A DNA stretch of 64,000 bases from an uncultured Planctomycetales bacterium. Its GTDB lineage: Bacteria > Planctomycetota > Phycisphaerae > UBA1845 > Fen-1342. The position numbers and the translations under genes are program-made. The number at the start of each line of letters is the position of its first letter. Within the stretch, counting starts at the first letter, position 1. Below are positions 18,928 to 27,569 of this stretch, in pieces. The notes under the pieces are model-generated. The model was not told the origin of the DNA. It saw only the letters and a list, made by a program, of their open reading frames with translations, and made no database searches. The DNA lies in assembly GCA_964564785.1 (NCBI GenBank), contig CAZMCT010000005.1, forward strand, positions 1,661 through 65,660. The letters are read 5' to 3'.

Positions 18928-20247
18928 TCAGACGACCTTGCGGATCGCTTCCTCCAACTGCCCGGGTTGCCGTTCCTCGAGCTCGTACCTCACCCGCAGC
19001 GCCGGCTTGTTGATCCGCAACAGCCGCCCCAGGTCGATCGGCGTGCCGATCAGCACCAGGTCGCACGGCACGGCGTTGATCGTCTGCTCCAGCTCGCGCA
19101 TCTGCCGCTCGCCGTAGCCCATCGCCGGCAACACGTCCGTCACGTGGGGGTAGTTCGCGAACGTCGTGCGGATCGAGCCAACCGCGTACGGCCGCGGGTC
19201 GCAGATCGCGTCGGCCCCGAACTTGCGGGCCGCAATGTGCCCCGCGCCGTACTTCATCTCGCCGTGCGTCAGCGTCGGCCCGTCCTCCACCACCAGCACC
19301 CGCCGCCCGCGGATCGCCTCCGGATCCCCCACCGTCACCGGCGAGTTGGCCTGGACCACCGTCGCCCGCGGGTTCACGGCCTGGATGTTCGCCAGCACCA
19401 GCTCCGTGTCGTCCGGCCGCGCGGTGTCGACCTTGTTCACGATCACCAGGTCGGCCATGCGCAGGTTCGTCTCGCCCGGATAGTACCGCCGCTCGTGCCC
19501 CGGCCGGTGCGGATCGACCACCGTGATGAACAGGTTGGGCTTGAAGAACGGCATGTCGTTGTTGCCGCCGTCCCACAGGATCACGTCGGCCTCGGCCTCG
19601 GCCGCGCTCAGAATCCGCTGGTAATCGATGCCCGCGAAGATCACGTTCCCGGCCGTGATGTGCGGCTCGAATTCCTCGCGCTCCTCGATCGTGCACTCGT
19701 GCAAATCCAGGTCCTCGAGCGTCGCGAACCGCTGGCACACCTGCTTGCGCAGATCCCCGTACGGCATCGGGTGCCGTACGGCCGCGACCTTCTTGCCCAG
19801 CCGCTTGAGGATCCGCACCACAGCCCGCGACGTCTGGCTCTTGCCGCACCCGGTCCGCACGGCGCACACCGCGATGACGGGCCGCGAGCTGCGCAGCATC
19901 GTGTGGCGGTGTCCCAGCATGCAGAAATCCGCACCGGCGGCCGTCACCAGAGCCGCCTTGTGCATGACTTCCTCGTGCGGCAGGTCCGAGTACGCGATCG
20001 CGACCAGCTCGGCCCCGAGCCGCGCGATCAGGTCGGACATCTGCTCCTCGGCATAGATCGGGATGCCGCCGGGGTAGCGCGGGCCGGCCAACTCCGGCGG
20101 GTAGACGCGGTCATGGATGTCGGGGATCTGGGCGGCGGTGAAGGCGACGACTTCGTAGTGCGGGTGGTCGCGCCAATACGTGTTGAAATCGTGAAAATCG
20201 CGCCCGGCGGCGCCCATGATGATGACCTTGCGCATCGCATTCGACAT
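18928..20247 (-). CDS. COG2403-type predicted GTPase / cyclic 2,3-diphosphoglycerate synthetase-family protein
   Basis: N-terminal Rossmann-like KVIIMGAAGRDFH, P-loop AVRTGCGKSQTS, WDGGNNDMPF. Assignment is from memory of this family. An alternative start is 12 nt downstream (MRKVII). Confidence 0.75.
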   Translation of the reverse strand: MSNAMRKVIIMGAAGRDFHDFNTYWRDHPHYEVVAFTAAQIPDIHDRVYPPELAGPRYPGGIPIYAEEQMSDLIARLGAELVAIAYSDLPHEEVMHKAALVTAAGADFCMLGHRHTMLRSSRPVIAVCAVRTGCGKSQTSRAVVRILKRLGKKVAAVRHPMPYGDLRKQVCQRFATLEDLDLHECTIEEREEFEPHITAGNVIFAGIDYQRILSAAEAEADVILWDGGNNDMPFFKPNLFITVVDPHRPGHERRYYPGETNLRMADLVIVNKVDTARPDDTELVLANIQAVNPRATVVQANSPVTVGDPEAIRGRRVLVVEDGPTLTHGEMKYGAGHIAARKFGADAICDPRPYAVGSIRTTFANYPHVTDVLPAMGYGERQMRELEQTINAVPCDLVLIGTPIDLGRLLRINKPALRVRYELEERQPGQLEEAIRKVV

Positions 20248-20484
20248 ACGGTCTGTACCACTCGCCTTGATACACTGGTTCCATCACAGCCGGCTGGAGG
20301 GCCCTCGACGGCGACCCTGACGTCCGCCGCAGCCTGCAATATGAACATAGCCGGAAGCCGCGGATTCCTCAAGCTCGGTCACGGCAGGGAGGCGCGGTCG
20401 CCTCACAGCGCGGCGCCGGCCGCTGGGGCTTGCCGGGGCGGTGCGGCGGGTCTAGGATTCACCGCGTCCATCCGTGGAGTGCCC

Positions 20485-20733
20485 ATGCGTGCGCGCCGTC
20501 GCCAACTCGTGCGGTGGGGAGTCGTCACCCTCTTGAGCGTCGTTTCCCTCACCGCCCCGGCGGCCGCGCAGCGTCGCGGCGAGGAGGAGGACGAGAAAAA
20601 AACCTTCCGCGAACCCGGGATCGAGTTCCTGGACGAGCAATCGCAGTACGTCCAGTGGCTGTTCGGGGCCCTAATGATCGCGGCCTGCCTCTTCATCGGA
20701 TTGAAGAACCCGCACCGCACGCACCTCGATTGA
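20485..20733 (+). CDS. small secreted/membrane-anchored protein (82 aa), hypothetical
   Basis: ATG preceded by GGAG at 5-nt spacing. Signal peptide MRARRRQLVRWGVVTLLSVVSLTAPAAA/QRR, an acidic stretch EEEDEKK, and a C-terminal TM WLFGALMIAACLFIGL. Confidence 0.6.
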   Translation: MRARRRQLVRWGVVTLLSVVSLTAPAAAQRRGEEEDEKKTFREPGIEFLDEQSQYVQWLFGALMIAACLFIGLKNPHRTHLD

Positions 20734-20776
20734 GCCGGTGGCGAGTAGCCTGTGCCGCACCCGGCAGGAGGACAAG

Positions 20777-21058
20777 ATGAAATCCAACGGCTGGCTGACC
20801 GTGCTCGTGTGCGTGAACCTCGTCCTGCTGACCGCCCTGATCGTCCTCGGCCTACCTCCGCGCACCGCCGTAGCGCAGGGTACCGGCTTGGCCGGGAATT
20901 ACCTGGTGGTCGCGGGCGAGATCCAGGACGAGTTCGATGCGCTTTATCTGATCGATCTCCACGAGCGCACGCTGCACACGTTCTATTACAACAAGGGCAG
21001 TACCGAGATCCAGTACGCGGGCTTCCGCAGCCTCGAACGCGATTTCAGGAATCGTTGA
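20777..21058 (+). CDS. small N-terminally anchored membrane protein (93 aa), paralog of the next gene
   Basis: AGGAGG lies 5 nt upstream of the ATG. TM helix WLTVLVCVNLVLLTALIVLGL. The soluble part GNYLVVAGEIQDEFDALYLIDLHERTLHTFYYNKGSTEIQYAGFRSL aligns with the next ORF. Confidence 0.62.
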   Translation: MKSNGWLTVLVCVNLVLLTALIVLGLPPRTAVAQGTGLAGNYLVVAGEIQDEFDALYLIDLHERTLHTFYYNKGSTEIQYAGFRSLERDFRNR

Positions 21059-21151
21059 AAACCGGCCGGCCGCGCTCCGGTGCTCGATCCGGAACGTGAA
21101 TTGCCCGCCCACGGCCGCGCGTCAAACCGGCGGCCCCCAGGAGAAGCCAAA

Positions 21152-21487
21152 ATGATCCCGGAGAGCACGCTCAACCCGCGAATGTTCGCCGTCGGGGTTC
21201 TCGGCCTGACCGCCTGCGTCCTGTTCGTGGGGCTGATCCTCGCCACCCAGCAGCCCGCTGTAGCCATCGGCATGAACGACCGCGGCGGCGACTACATCGT
21301 GGTCACGCAGCAGATTTCCAACACGACCGAAGGCTTGGTGATCATCGACGCGGCCGCCAAGCAGATGATCGTCTACGCATTCGACTACAACAACAAGCAG
21401 CTCGAGATCATCAGCCGCGTGCCGCTCGACCAGATGCCCAAGCCGCGCGAGCCCGCTCCCGTCCAGGGCGGCCGACGGGGGCAGTAG
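21152..21487 (+). CDS. small N-terminally anchored membrane protein (111 aa), paralog of the previous gene
   Basis: AGGAG lies 8 nt upstream of the ATG. TM helix MFAVGVLGLTACVLFVGLILA. The soluble part GDYIVVTQQISNTTEGLVIIDAAAKQMIVYAFDYNNKQLEIISRVPL follows. Confidence 0.62.
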   Translation: MIPESTLNPRMFAVGVLGLTACVLFVGLILATQQPAVAIGMNDRGGDYIVVTQQISNTTEGLVIIDAAAKQMIVYAFDYNNKQLEIISRVPLDQMPKPREPAPVQGGRRGQ

Positions 21488-21889
21488 ACCGGGGCGGCAC
21501 GTGTTTTTGCAGGCCGGCCATGGTGGCCGGAGCGGCCGATCGGCAACCGGGGGTTGAATCGGGCCGGCCGAGGGGGTCGCGCGTGGAAGTTTGGCGCCGA
21601 CGGATCGACGCTTCGCGGCCTGCGGGGCGGGCGGCGCGTAACTCAACATAATATATGTTATCGGACGTTATCGCTCTCTCGGTGGCTGTCCGAGCCACGC
21701 CACTTCGCTAGCAACTGCCCTGTCGAAGCTGTGCGCCCCCCCACTTCCCAATGATCGAACGGGTGGGTTCGTTGTTGGCGCTACGGTGATGCGGTCTTAG
21801 CGCGGAGCGATGGGGCTTTTTGGAGGGGCTACGTTCGGGCGGCGCAGAAGATGTGCGGGTGCGCGCGCGGTGAGCAGCAGCGCGAGCCG

Positions 21890-23626
21890 CTACACGCGGA
21901 ACAGCGCTCCGAGCCGCTTGCCGAGTGCGAGGGACGCCCCAACGATGGTCAACACGAGGAGCACCATGCCCCACACGCCGAGCGCGGATGCGAGTTGCAG
22001 GCCGCTCTGCGGGTCGTCGGCGAGATCGTAGATGGCCTTGGTCATCGGATAGTGCTGCTTGTCGAAGGCGAGCACGAGGCTGTCGGATACTTCGAGCATC
22101 GAGCGGCTGAAGACCAGCAGGCCACCGGCGATGAAGTTGGCCGCCAGGAGCGGGACGACGATCTGGACCATCGTACGCAGGGACCCGGCGCCGAGGTTGA
22201 CCGCCGCTTCTTCAAGCGCGACGGACGTCTGCTCGAGGCCGGCCGCGCAGGAGCGCACCTGAAACGGGAGGCGGCGCACCGAGTAGGCGACGACGAGCAG
22301 CACTGCTGTGCCGGAGATGAAGGCGTCGGGCCGGTCGTGGAGCGGGTTGAGGGCGGCCAGGGGTGAGTCGCCCTGCGTCAACACGAAGTAGCCGAAGGCC
22401 ATGACGAGACCGGGTACGGCGAGCGGCAGCATGGCCAGGCCGTCCAGCAAGCCGGTGAGCCACGATCGCCGGCGAACAACGAGGTAGGCGATGGCGAACC
22501 CGAGAACGAGGTCGATGGCGGTGGCGAGGATCGAGTACTTGAAGCTGTTGACGATGCTCAGGGCGGCGATGCTGCGGCCGCCCGTGTTGTAGAAGACGTC
22601 GCGGATCAGCCGGGCGTGATACTGGAGCGTCAGCTTGTCGGGGGCGAGTTCGATCAGCCCGGTGCGGGTGAGGCTGACCAGCACGACGGCGACGTGCGGC
22701 AGGACCGCGATTCCGAAGACCAGGGCGAAGGGAATGGTCGCGAGCACGGTTCCCCCCCTGCCGAGGCGCCGCGGCTGGGCCGCCACCGTCGCCTTGGCCA
22801 TCATGCCGGGCGCCGGCCGGCCGAGCACGAGCTTGCCCAGCAGGTAGAGAAGCACGCTGACGACCAGCATCACGACGACCAGCGCGTACGCCTCGCCGGT
22901 GGGGTTCGTGGTGCTGAGCTGGTCAAAGACCTGGACGGCCGTCACGGTGCGATAGTTGACCATGAGCGGCGTGCCGAGCTCGGTGAACGCCCAGATGAAG
23001 ACAATCGTGGCGCCCGCGAAGATGCCCGGACGCATCAGCGGCAGCGTGATCCGCCAGAAGCGTCGCCAGGCTCCGGCCCCCAGGTTGCGGGCGGCCTCGT
23101 CCAGCGCAGGGTCGACGTTAGCAAGCGCGGCCTGCACGTTCAGGAACGTGATGGGGTAAAGATAGAGGGCCTCGAGCACGACGCACGACCAGAACGGATA
23201 GGCGAGCCAGTCGATCGGTCGGGCCGGGTCGATGAGTCCCCATTGTCCCAGCCAGAGGTTGATTCCCCCGTTGCTCGAGAGCAGCCCCTTGAGGCCGATC
23301 GCGCCGACGAACGGCGGGAGGATCATCGGCACCTGAATGGCCGCCAACCAGCCGCGCTTGCCGGCGAAACTGAAACTCTCCGCCAGAAGCGCCAGCGGGA
23401 TCGCGATCGCCAGGCACAGGATGGTGGTCGCCGTCGCCAGAGCGACGCTGTTCCAGAGCCCCGCCACGTACGGTGGATAGCTGAACACGTCGCGAAACCA
23501 CGCCAGCGTCAGCCGCCCCTCTTCCTCGAAGCCGGCCCGCACCACCGCCGCGATCGGCGCGATCAGGACCAGCCCGAGCACCGCGAGCAGCAGCAGCGTT
23601 ACCAGCAGCCCGACCGGACGGCGCAT
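21890..23626 (-). CDS. fused two-domain ABC transporter permease (FbpB/ThiP-type, iron(III)/thiamine-like)
   Basis: Two tandem binding-protein-dependent permease modules, about 12 TM helices. Start moved to ATG 23626 (MRRPVGLLVTLLLLAVLGL). No cognate ATPase or binding-protein gene is adjacent. Confidence 0.85.
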   Translation of the reverse strand: MRRPVGLLVTLLLLAVLGLVLIAPIAAVVRAGFEEEGRLTLAWFRDVFSYPPYVAGLWNSVALATATTILCLAIAIPLALLAESFSFAGKRGWLAAIQVPMILPPFVGAIGLKGLLSSNGGINLWLGQWGLIDPARPIDWLAYPFWSCVVLEALYLYPITFLNVQAALANVDPALDEAARNLGAGAWRRFWRITLPLMRPGIFAGATIVFIWAFTELGTPLMVNYRTVTAVQVFDQLSTTNPTGEAYALVVVMLVVSVLLYLLGKLVLGRPAPGMMAKATVAAQPRRLGRGGTVLATIPFALVFGIAVLPHVAVVLVSLTRTGLIELAPDKLTLQYHARLIRDVFYNTGGRSIAALSIVNSFKYSILATAIDLVLGFAIAYLVVRRRSWLTGLLDGLAMLPLAVPGLVMAFGYFVLTQGDSPLAALNPLHDRPDAFISGTAVLLVVAYSVRRLPFQVRSCAAGLEQTSVALEEAAVNLGAGSLRTMVQIVVPLLAANFIAGGLLVFSRSMLEVSDSLVLAFDKQHYPMTKAIYDLADDPQSGLQLASALGVWGMVLLVLTIVGASLALGKRLGALFRV

Positions 23627-23696
23627 GGCGGGGAATATATGCGGGCGAGTGCCGTTCCGGTATGTCCGGGCGGGCTCCGCGCTTCCCGGGTCCGCG

Positions 23697-24614
23697 TCAG
23701 GAGCTCCCGAGCACCGCCAGTACTTCATCGACGACGGCGCACATCCGCCGCAGCCCCCCCACCGTCCGGGCGGCCACATGCGGCGTGATCAGGCACCGTT
23801 CGCACTTGAACAGCGGGTGCTCGGGGGGCAACGGCTCGGGCTCGGTCACGTCCAGTCCGGCCCCCGCCAGCCGCTCGGCCTGGAGAGCCGCCGTCAGCGC
23901 CGCCGTGTCCACCACGCCGCCGCGGGCGGTGTTGATCAGCAGCGCCCTCGGCCGCAGACGCGCCAGCACGTCGGCGTCCACCAGCCGACGGGTCTGCTCC
24001 GTCAGGGGCACATGCAACGTGACGATGTCACTGCGGGCCCACAGCTCGTCTTTTTCCACCCTCTCAGCCGGAAAATCGAACGGCCCCACCGGCACGTGGT
24101 CGTTGTCCAGCCCCCGCGCCCCCACCCCACCCGCCCAGCGCCGCCCCACTGCCGACCCGATCCGCCCCATCCCCACGATCCCCACGGTGAGCTCACACAG
24201 TTCTCGCCCGTGCGGCGCCGCGCGCGCCGTTTTGAAGGCCCCCTGCCGGTACTCGGCCATCAGGCGCCCCACCGGCCGCAACAGCCCCAGCATGAACGCC
24301 AGCGCCAGGTCGGCCACGGCGTCGGTCGCGGCCGCGGGCGTGTTCACCACGCGGATTCCGAGCTCGTCGGCGGCGGCCACATCGACGCGGTCGAGCCCCA
24401 CGCCCGCGACTCCAATGACCCGCAGTCGCCGCCCGGCCTCGAGAATGCGCCGCGTCACGAACGTGTTCGTCCGGCAGACGAGGGCGTCGCAGTCGGCAAC
24501 CTGTTGACAGAGCGTCCGCTCAGCGCCGTCCGGCGCGCGCACGATCTCGGCCGCGGCGGCCAAACGCCGCTCGGAGGCCGGGTCCAGCGGTTCCGCCAGC
24601 AGTACGCGATACAC
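23697..24614 (-). CDS. D-isomer-specific 2-hydroxyacid dehydrogenase family protein (PGDH-like)
   Basis: NAD-binding motif GIVGMGRIGSAVG. Catalytic-region motifs INTARGGVVD, LDVTEPEP and ITPHVAA. Start set at in-frame GTG 24614 (VYRVLLAEPLD); the 25013 start is a GC-driven extension. Confidence 0.85.
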   Translation of the reverse strand: MYRVLLAEPLDPASERRLAAAAEIVRAPDGAERTLCQQVADCDALVCRTNTFVTRRILEAGRRLRVIGVAGVGLDRVDVAAADELGIRVVNTPAAATDAVADLALAFMLGLLRPVGRLMAEYRQGAFKTARAAPHGRELCELTVGIVGMGRIGSAVGRRWAGGVGARGLDNDHVPVGPFDFPAERVEKDELWARSDIVTLHVPLTEQTRRLVDADVLARLRPRALLINTARGGVVDTAALTAALQAERLAGAGLDVTEPEPLPPEHPLFKCERCLITPHVAARTVGGLRRMCAVVDEVLAVLGSS

Positions 24615-24694
24615 GCGGCAGCATTGTACCCGCGAACGGCCGGTCGCGGATGCACGTACCGTCGTACGCGGCGACGTCGCAGGGGCGCAGGCGA

Positions 24695-25867
24695 TTAGCG
24701 CGTGGCCGGCGGCGGGGCCTGCTGCCCCGCGTTGTTCGACTGCTCCTGTTGCGGGGTGGGGACCGGCGTGACGGGCGTGCGGCCTGTGGGCAAGGGCACG
24801 CGGCCGCCGGGCTGGCTTGTCGCCGGGCGGGTGGCTGCCGTGCTTCGCACGATCGGAATGCTGAGTTCCTTGTACTCGTCCGGATCGTCGGTGGTGATGA
24901 GCAAACGACTGCCATCCGGCGGCAGTTGTTGCGCGTCCGGCAGCGTGACCTTGATCTGGTGAACGGCCGTCTTGGCCTCGGCGGGGACGGCCTGGGCCGG
25001 CATGAGCTCCCATTCGATCGGGCCGTTGGTGGTCTTGACGTCGACGACCTTTACGGGCTTGGCGGTCTGATACTGGACGCGCACGGTCTGGACCTGCGGG
25101 CCGGTCTGGCCGACGGGCACGCGGAGCTGCATCGGGGTCGTGATCACGCGCGGCTGGCAGTTGGCGAAGAGGTTGACGGTGATACTGCCGAGGCCCGGCA
25201 GCGTCGGCTCGAGCGTGACGATGGCGCGGTTCGAGCCTTTCTGGAGCGGCGGCTTGGTGGTCGCCACCAGCTCGTACACCTGTCCGGCCTCTACTTCCTT
25301 CAACTCGACCGAGAACGGCCCCTCCATTTTCTCATCGCCGAGCTTGAGCCCGACCGGCTGCCCGTACTTGTTCTCCAGGCGGATCGAGCGCGTCGCCGGC
25401 GGGCTGTTCGGCTCGAGTCCCTCGAACAGCACCCGCTCGGCCGACATCGCGTATACCGCCTTGACCTCGCCCACGACCTCGATTTCGCGCAGCACCTGCT
25501 GCGTGTCCACCTGCTTCAAGATCACCTTCTTGTGGGCCGCGCCCGTGCGCTTCGTGTCGTACGCCACCGAGATGGTCGTCGACTCGCCCGGCTCCAGTGG
25601 TGACTTCGGCTGCGTCGGCACCGTGCAGCCGCAGGTGCTTTCGGCCCGCAGCCGCAACGGCTCGTTCCCCACGTTCTTGAGCGTGAATTCCCGCTTGCAC
25701 TCCGCGCCCTGCCATACTTCGCCGAACTTGAAATCGGCCGGCGTCAGCTCCAGCCGCGGATCCGCCGGCGGCGCCGACTTCGGCGGCTCCTGCCCTACTG
25801 CCCCGAGCACACCGGCCAGGCTGAGAGTTACGGCGAGTCCCCAAGTCCGCGTTTGCCAACTCGTCAT
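24695..25867 (-). CDS. DUF1573 domain-containing protein (signal-anchored, Pro-rich C-terminus)
   Basis: Start at ATG 25867 (MTSWQTRTWGLAVTLSLAGVLGAVG). The DUF1573-type motif FKFGEVWQG...FTLKNVGNEPLRL...STCGCTVP is present. Confidence 0.75.
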   Translation of the reverse strand: MTSWQTRTWGLAVTLSLAGVLGAVGQEPPKSAPPADPRLELTPADFKFGEVWQGAECKREFTLKNVGNEPLRLRAESTCGCTVPTQPKSPLEPGESTTISVAYDTKRTGAAHKKVILKQVDTQQVLREIEVVGEVKAVYAMSAERVLFEGLEPNSPPATRSIRLENKYGQPVGLKLGDEKMEGPFSVELKEVEAGQVYELVATTKPPLQKGSNRAIVTLEPTLPGLGSITVNLFANCQPRVITTPMQLRVPVGQTGPQVQTVRVQYQTAKPVKVVDVKTTNGPIEWELMPAQAVPAEAKTAVHQIKVTLPDAQQLPPDGSRLLITTDDPDEYKELSIPIVRSTAATRPATSQPGGRVPLPTGRTPVTPVPTPQQEQSNNAGQQAPPPATR

Positions 25868-26038
25868 GTCGTCTTCCCTCGGAGTTTCTTTGCCCACATT
25901 CCCCGGCTCGTCCGCAGCGCCGCCGGCGAACCATCCATGGTACCTAGTACCGGCCCCCCTGCCAAGGTTGCAGCGGCGGGGGCGGCGGGCCGGCCGGCCG
26001 CTCCTCGAGCCCATGCCGCCGCACGCCGCTGCGGGCCA

Positions 26039-27268
26039 TCAATCGGCCACAATATCAGACGCGGTCGTCCCAGGCTCGGCCGCCCGCCGCCGCAATTGCC
26101 CACACGCCGCGTCAATGTCCCGGCCGCGCGACATCCGCAGGTGGGCATTGACGCCCTCGGCCCGCAGCCGGGCCTGGAACTCGTACGCCGCCTCGGCGCT
26201 CGGGCGACTGAACGGCAGCCCCGCGACGGGGTTGTACCGGAGAAGGTTGACGTTGGCTCGCAGCCGCCGTGCGATCCGCGCCAGCCGCAGCGCGTGCCGG
26301 GGCTCCATGTTCACGTCGGCCAGAAGGACGTATTCGAGTGTGACTTCGCGGCCGGTCCGCTCGAAATAGTAGCTGCACGCGTCGAGGAGTTCGGCGACCG
26401 GCACGCGGCCCCACGGGATGAGCCGCTCGCGCAGCTCCTGCTCCGGGGCGTGCAGCGAGAGCGCGAGGTTCAGTTGCAGGCCCTCGTCCGCCAGTCGCCG
26501 AATTTGCTTGGGCAGCCCGACGGTGCTGAGGGTGATCTTCCGCGCCCCGATGTTCAGTCCCCACGGGGCATTCATGATCCGGATCGCCCGCAGCACCTGC
26601 TCGTAGTTCGCCAGCGGCTCGCCCATGCCCATGAGCACGATGTTCGAGAGCCGCCGATTCCGCAGGCGGGCGCCCGATTCGTCAGCGGACGATCCGGCGC
26701 GCGGTTCAGGAGCCGGGGGGGTGTCGCTCCGGGGTGCATCGGGCTCGGACGCGGGCCCCGCCTGCGGGTCGGATTGCACGAGGGCCCGCACCCGCAAGGC
26801 CTGCTCGACGATTTCACCGGCGGTCAGGTTCCGCACCGCGCCCCCCTGCCCGCTCGCGCAGAACGCGCAGCCGACCGGGCAGCCCACTTGCGACGAGAGG
26901 CACGCGGTGTTCCGCCCCTCCTCCGGGATCCAGACCGTCTCGACGGTCGCCCCGTCGGGCCAGCGCAGCAGGAGCTTGCGCGTGCCGTCGGCCGAGACGC
27001 GCTCGGCGGCGATCCGGCTCCGGTACGCGTCGGCATGCTCCGCGAGCTTGGCGCGGAGCGGCTTGGAGAGATTGGTCATCTGCTGAAACGTTTCGGCCCC
27101 TTTCGCGTACACCCAGTCCAGAATCTGCTGGGCGCGGTACTTCGCTTCACCCCGCCCCACCAGCCATGCCTGCAATTCCTCCCGGAATAGCCCGGGAATA
27201 TGCAGGCGCGGCGCCGCGGCGTTTTCCGCTGCCTGCGCGTTCGTTATCAGTCGCTCATGCGGCGACAC
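26039..27268 (-). CDS. rlmN: 23S rRNA/tRNA (adenine-C2)-methyltransferase RlmN (radical SAM)
   Basis: QVGCPVGCAFCASGQ (CxxxCxxC), MGMGEPLAN, C-terminal GRDIDAACGQL. Contains a Pro/Ser/Asp-rich insertion before the MGMGEPL motif. Confidence 0.93.
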   Translation of the reverse strand: MSPHERLITNAQAAENAAAPRLHIPGLFREELQAWLVGRGEAKYRAQQILDWVYAKGAETFQQMTNLSKPLRAKLAEHADAYRSRIAAERVSADGTRKLLLRWPDGATVETVWIPEEGRNTACLSSQVGCPVGCAFCASGQGGAVRNLTAGEIVEQALRVRALVQSDPQAGPASEPDAPRSDTPPAPEPRAGSSADESGARLRNRRLSNIVLMGMGEPLANYEQVLRAIRIMNAPWGLNIGARKITLSTVGLPKQIRRLADEGLQLNLALSLHAPEQELRERLIPWGRVPVAELLDACSYYFERTGREVTLEYVLLADVNMEPRHALRLARIARRLRANVNLLRYNPVAGLPFSRPSAEAAYEFQARLRAEGVNAHLRMSRGRDIDAACGQLRRRAAEPGTTASDIVAD

Positions 27269-27569
27269 GTTGCAATCCCTCGCGCGCCGCCCCCGGACCC
27301 TGCGACGTCCTCACAAAGCGGCCGCAGCGCGCAGCGGCGATGTTCATTGTATCGCCGGCGCGCTGCTCGGCACCGGATCGCGTCGGCGGGCCGCAATCTG
27401 AAGCCGATCCCGCTTGCATCGCTTGCGGCCACGGCCTATGCTCTGGGTGTGGCAGCCAGTGTGTTTCAGCACGGCGGGGGCGGCGTACGACCAACGCTGC
27501 AAACCGTGAAGCGGACTCCTGCGGCTTCAGCGCTGGCCAAGTCTCCGAAGGTTTGGGCAGGAGGTTGCA

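Noticed and set aside
26669-26776. Pro/Ser/Asp/Ala-rich insertions in conserved enzymes: RlmN about residues 165-200, EtfB about residues 205-245, and the NrdJ C-terminal region.
   Set aside because: These are in-frame, low-complexity linkers of a kind common in GC-rich lineages. There are no intein or mobile-element signatures (no Cys/Ser-...-His-Asn junctions).
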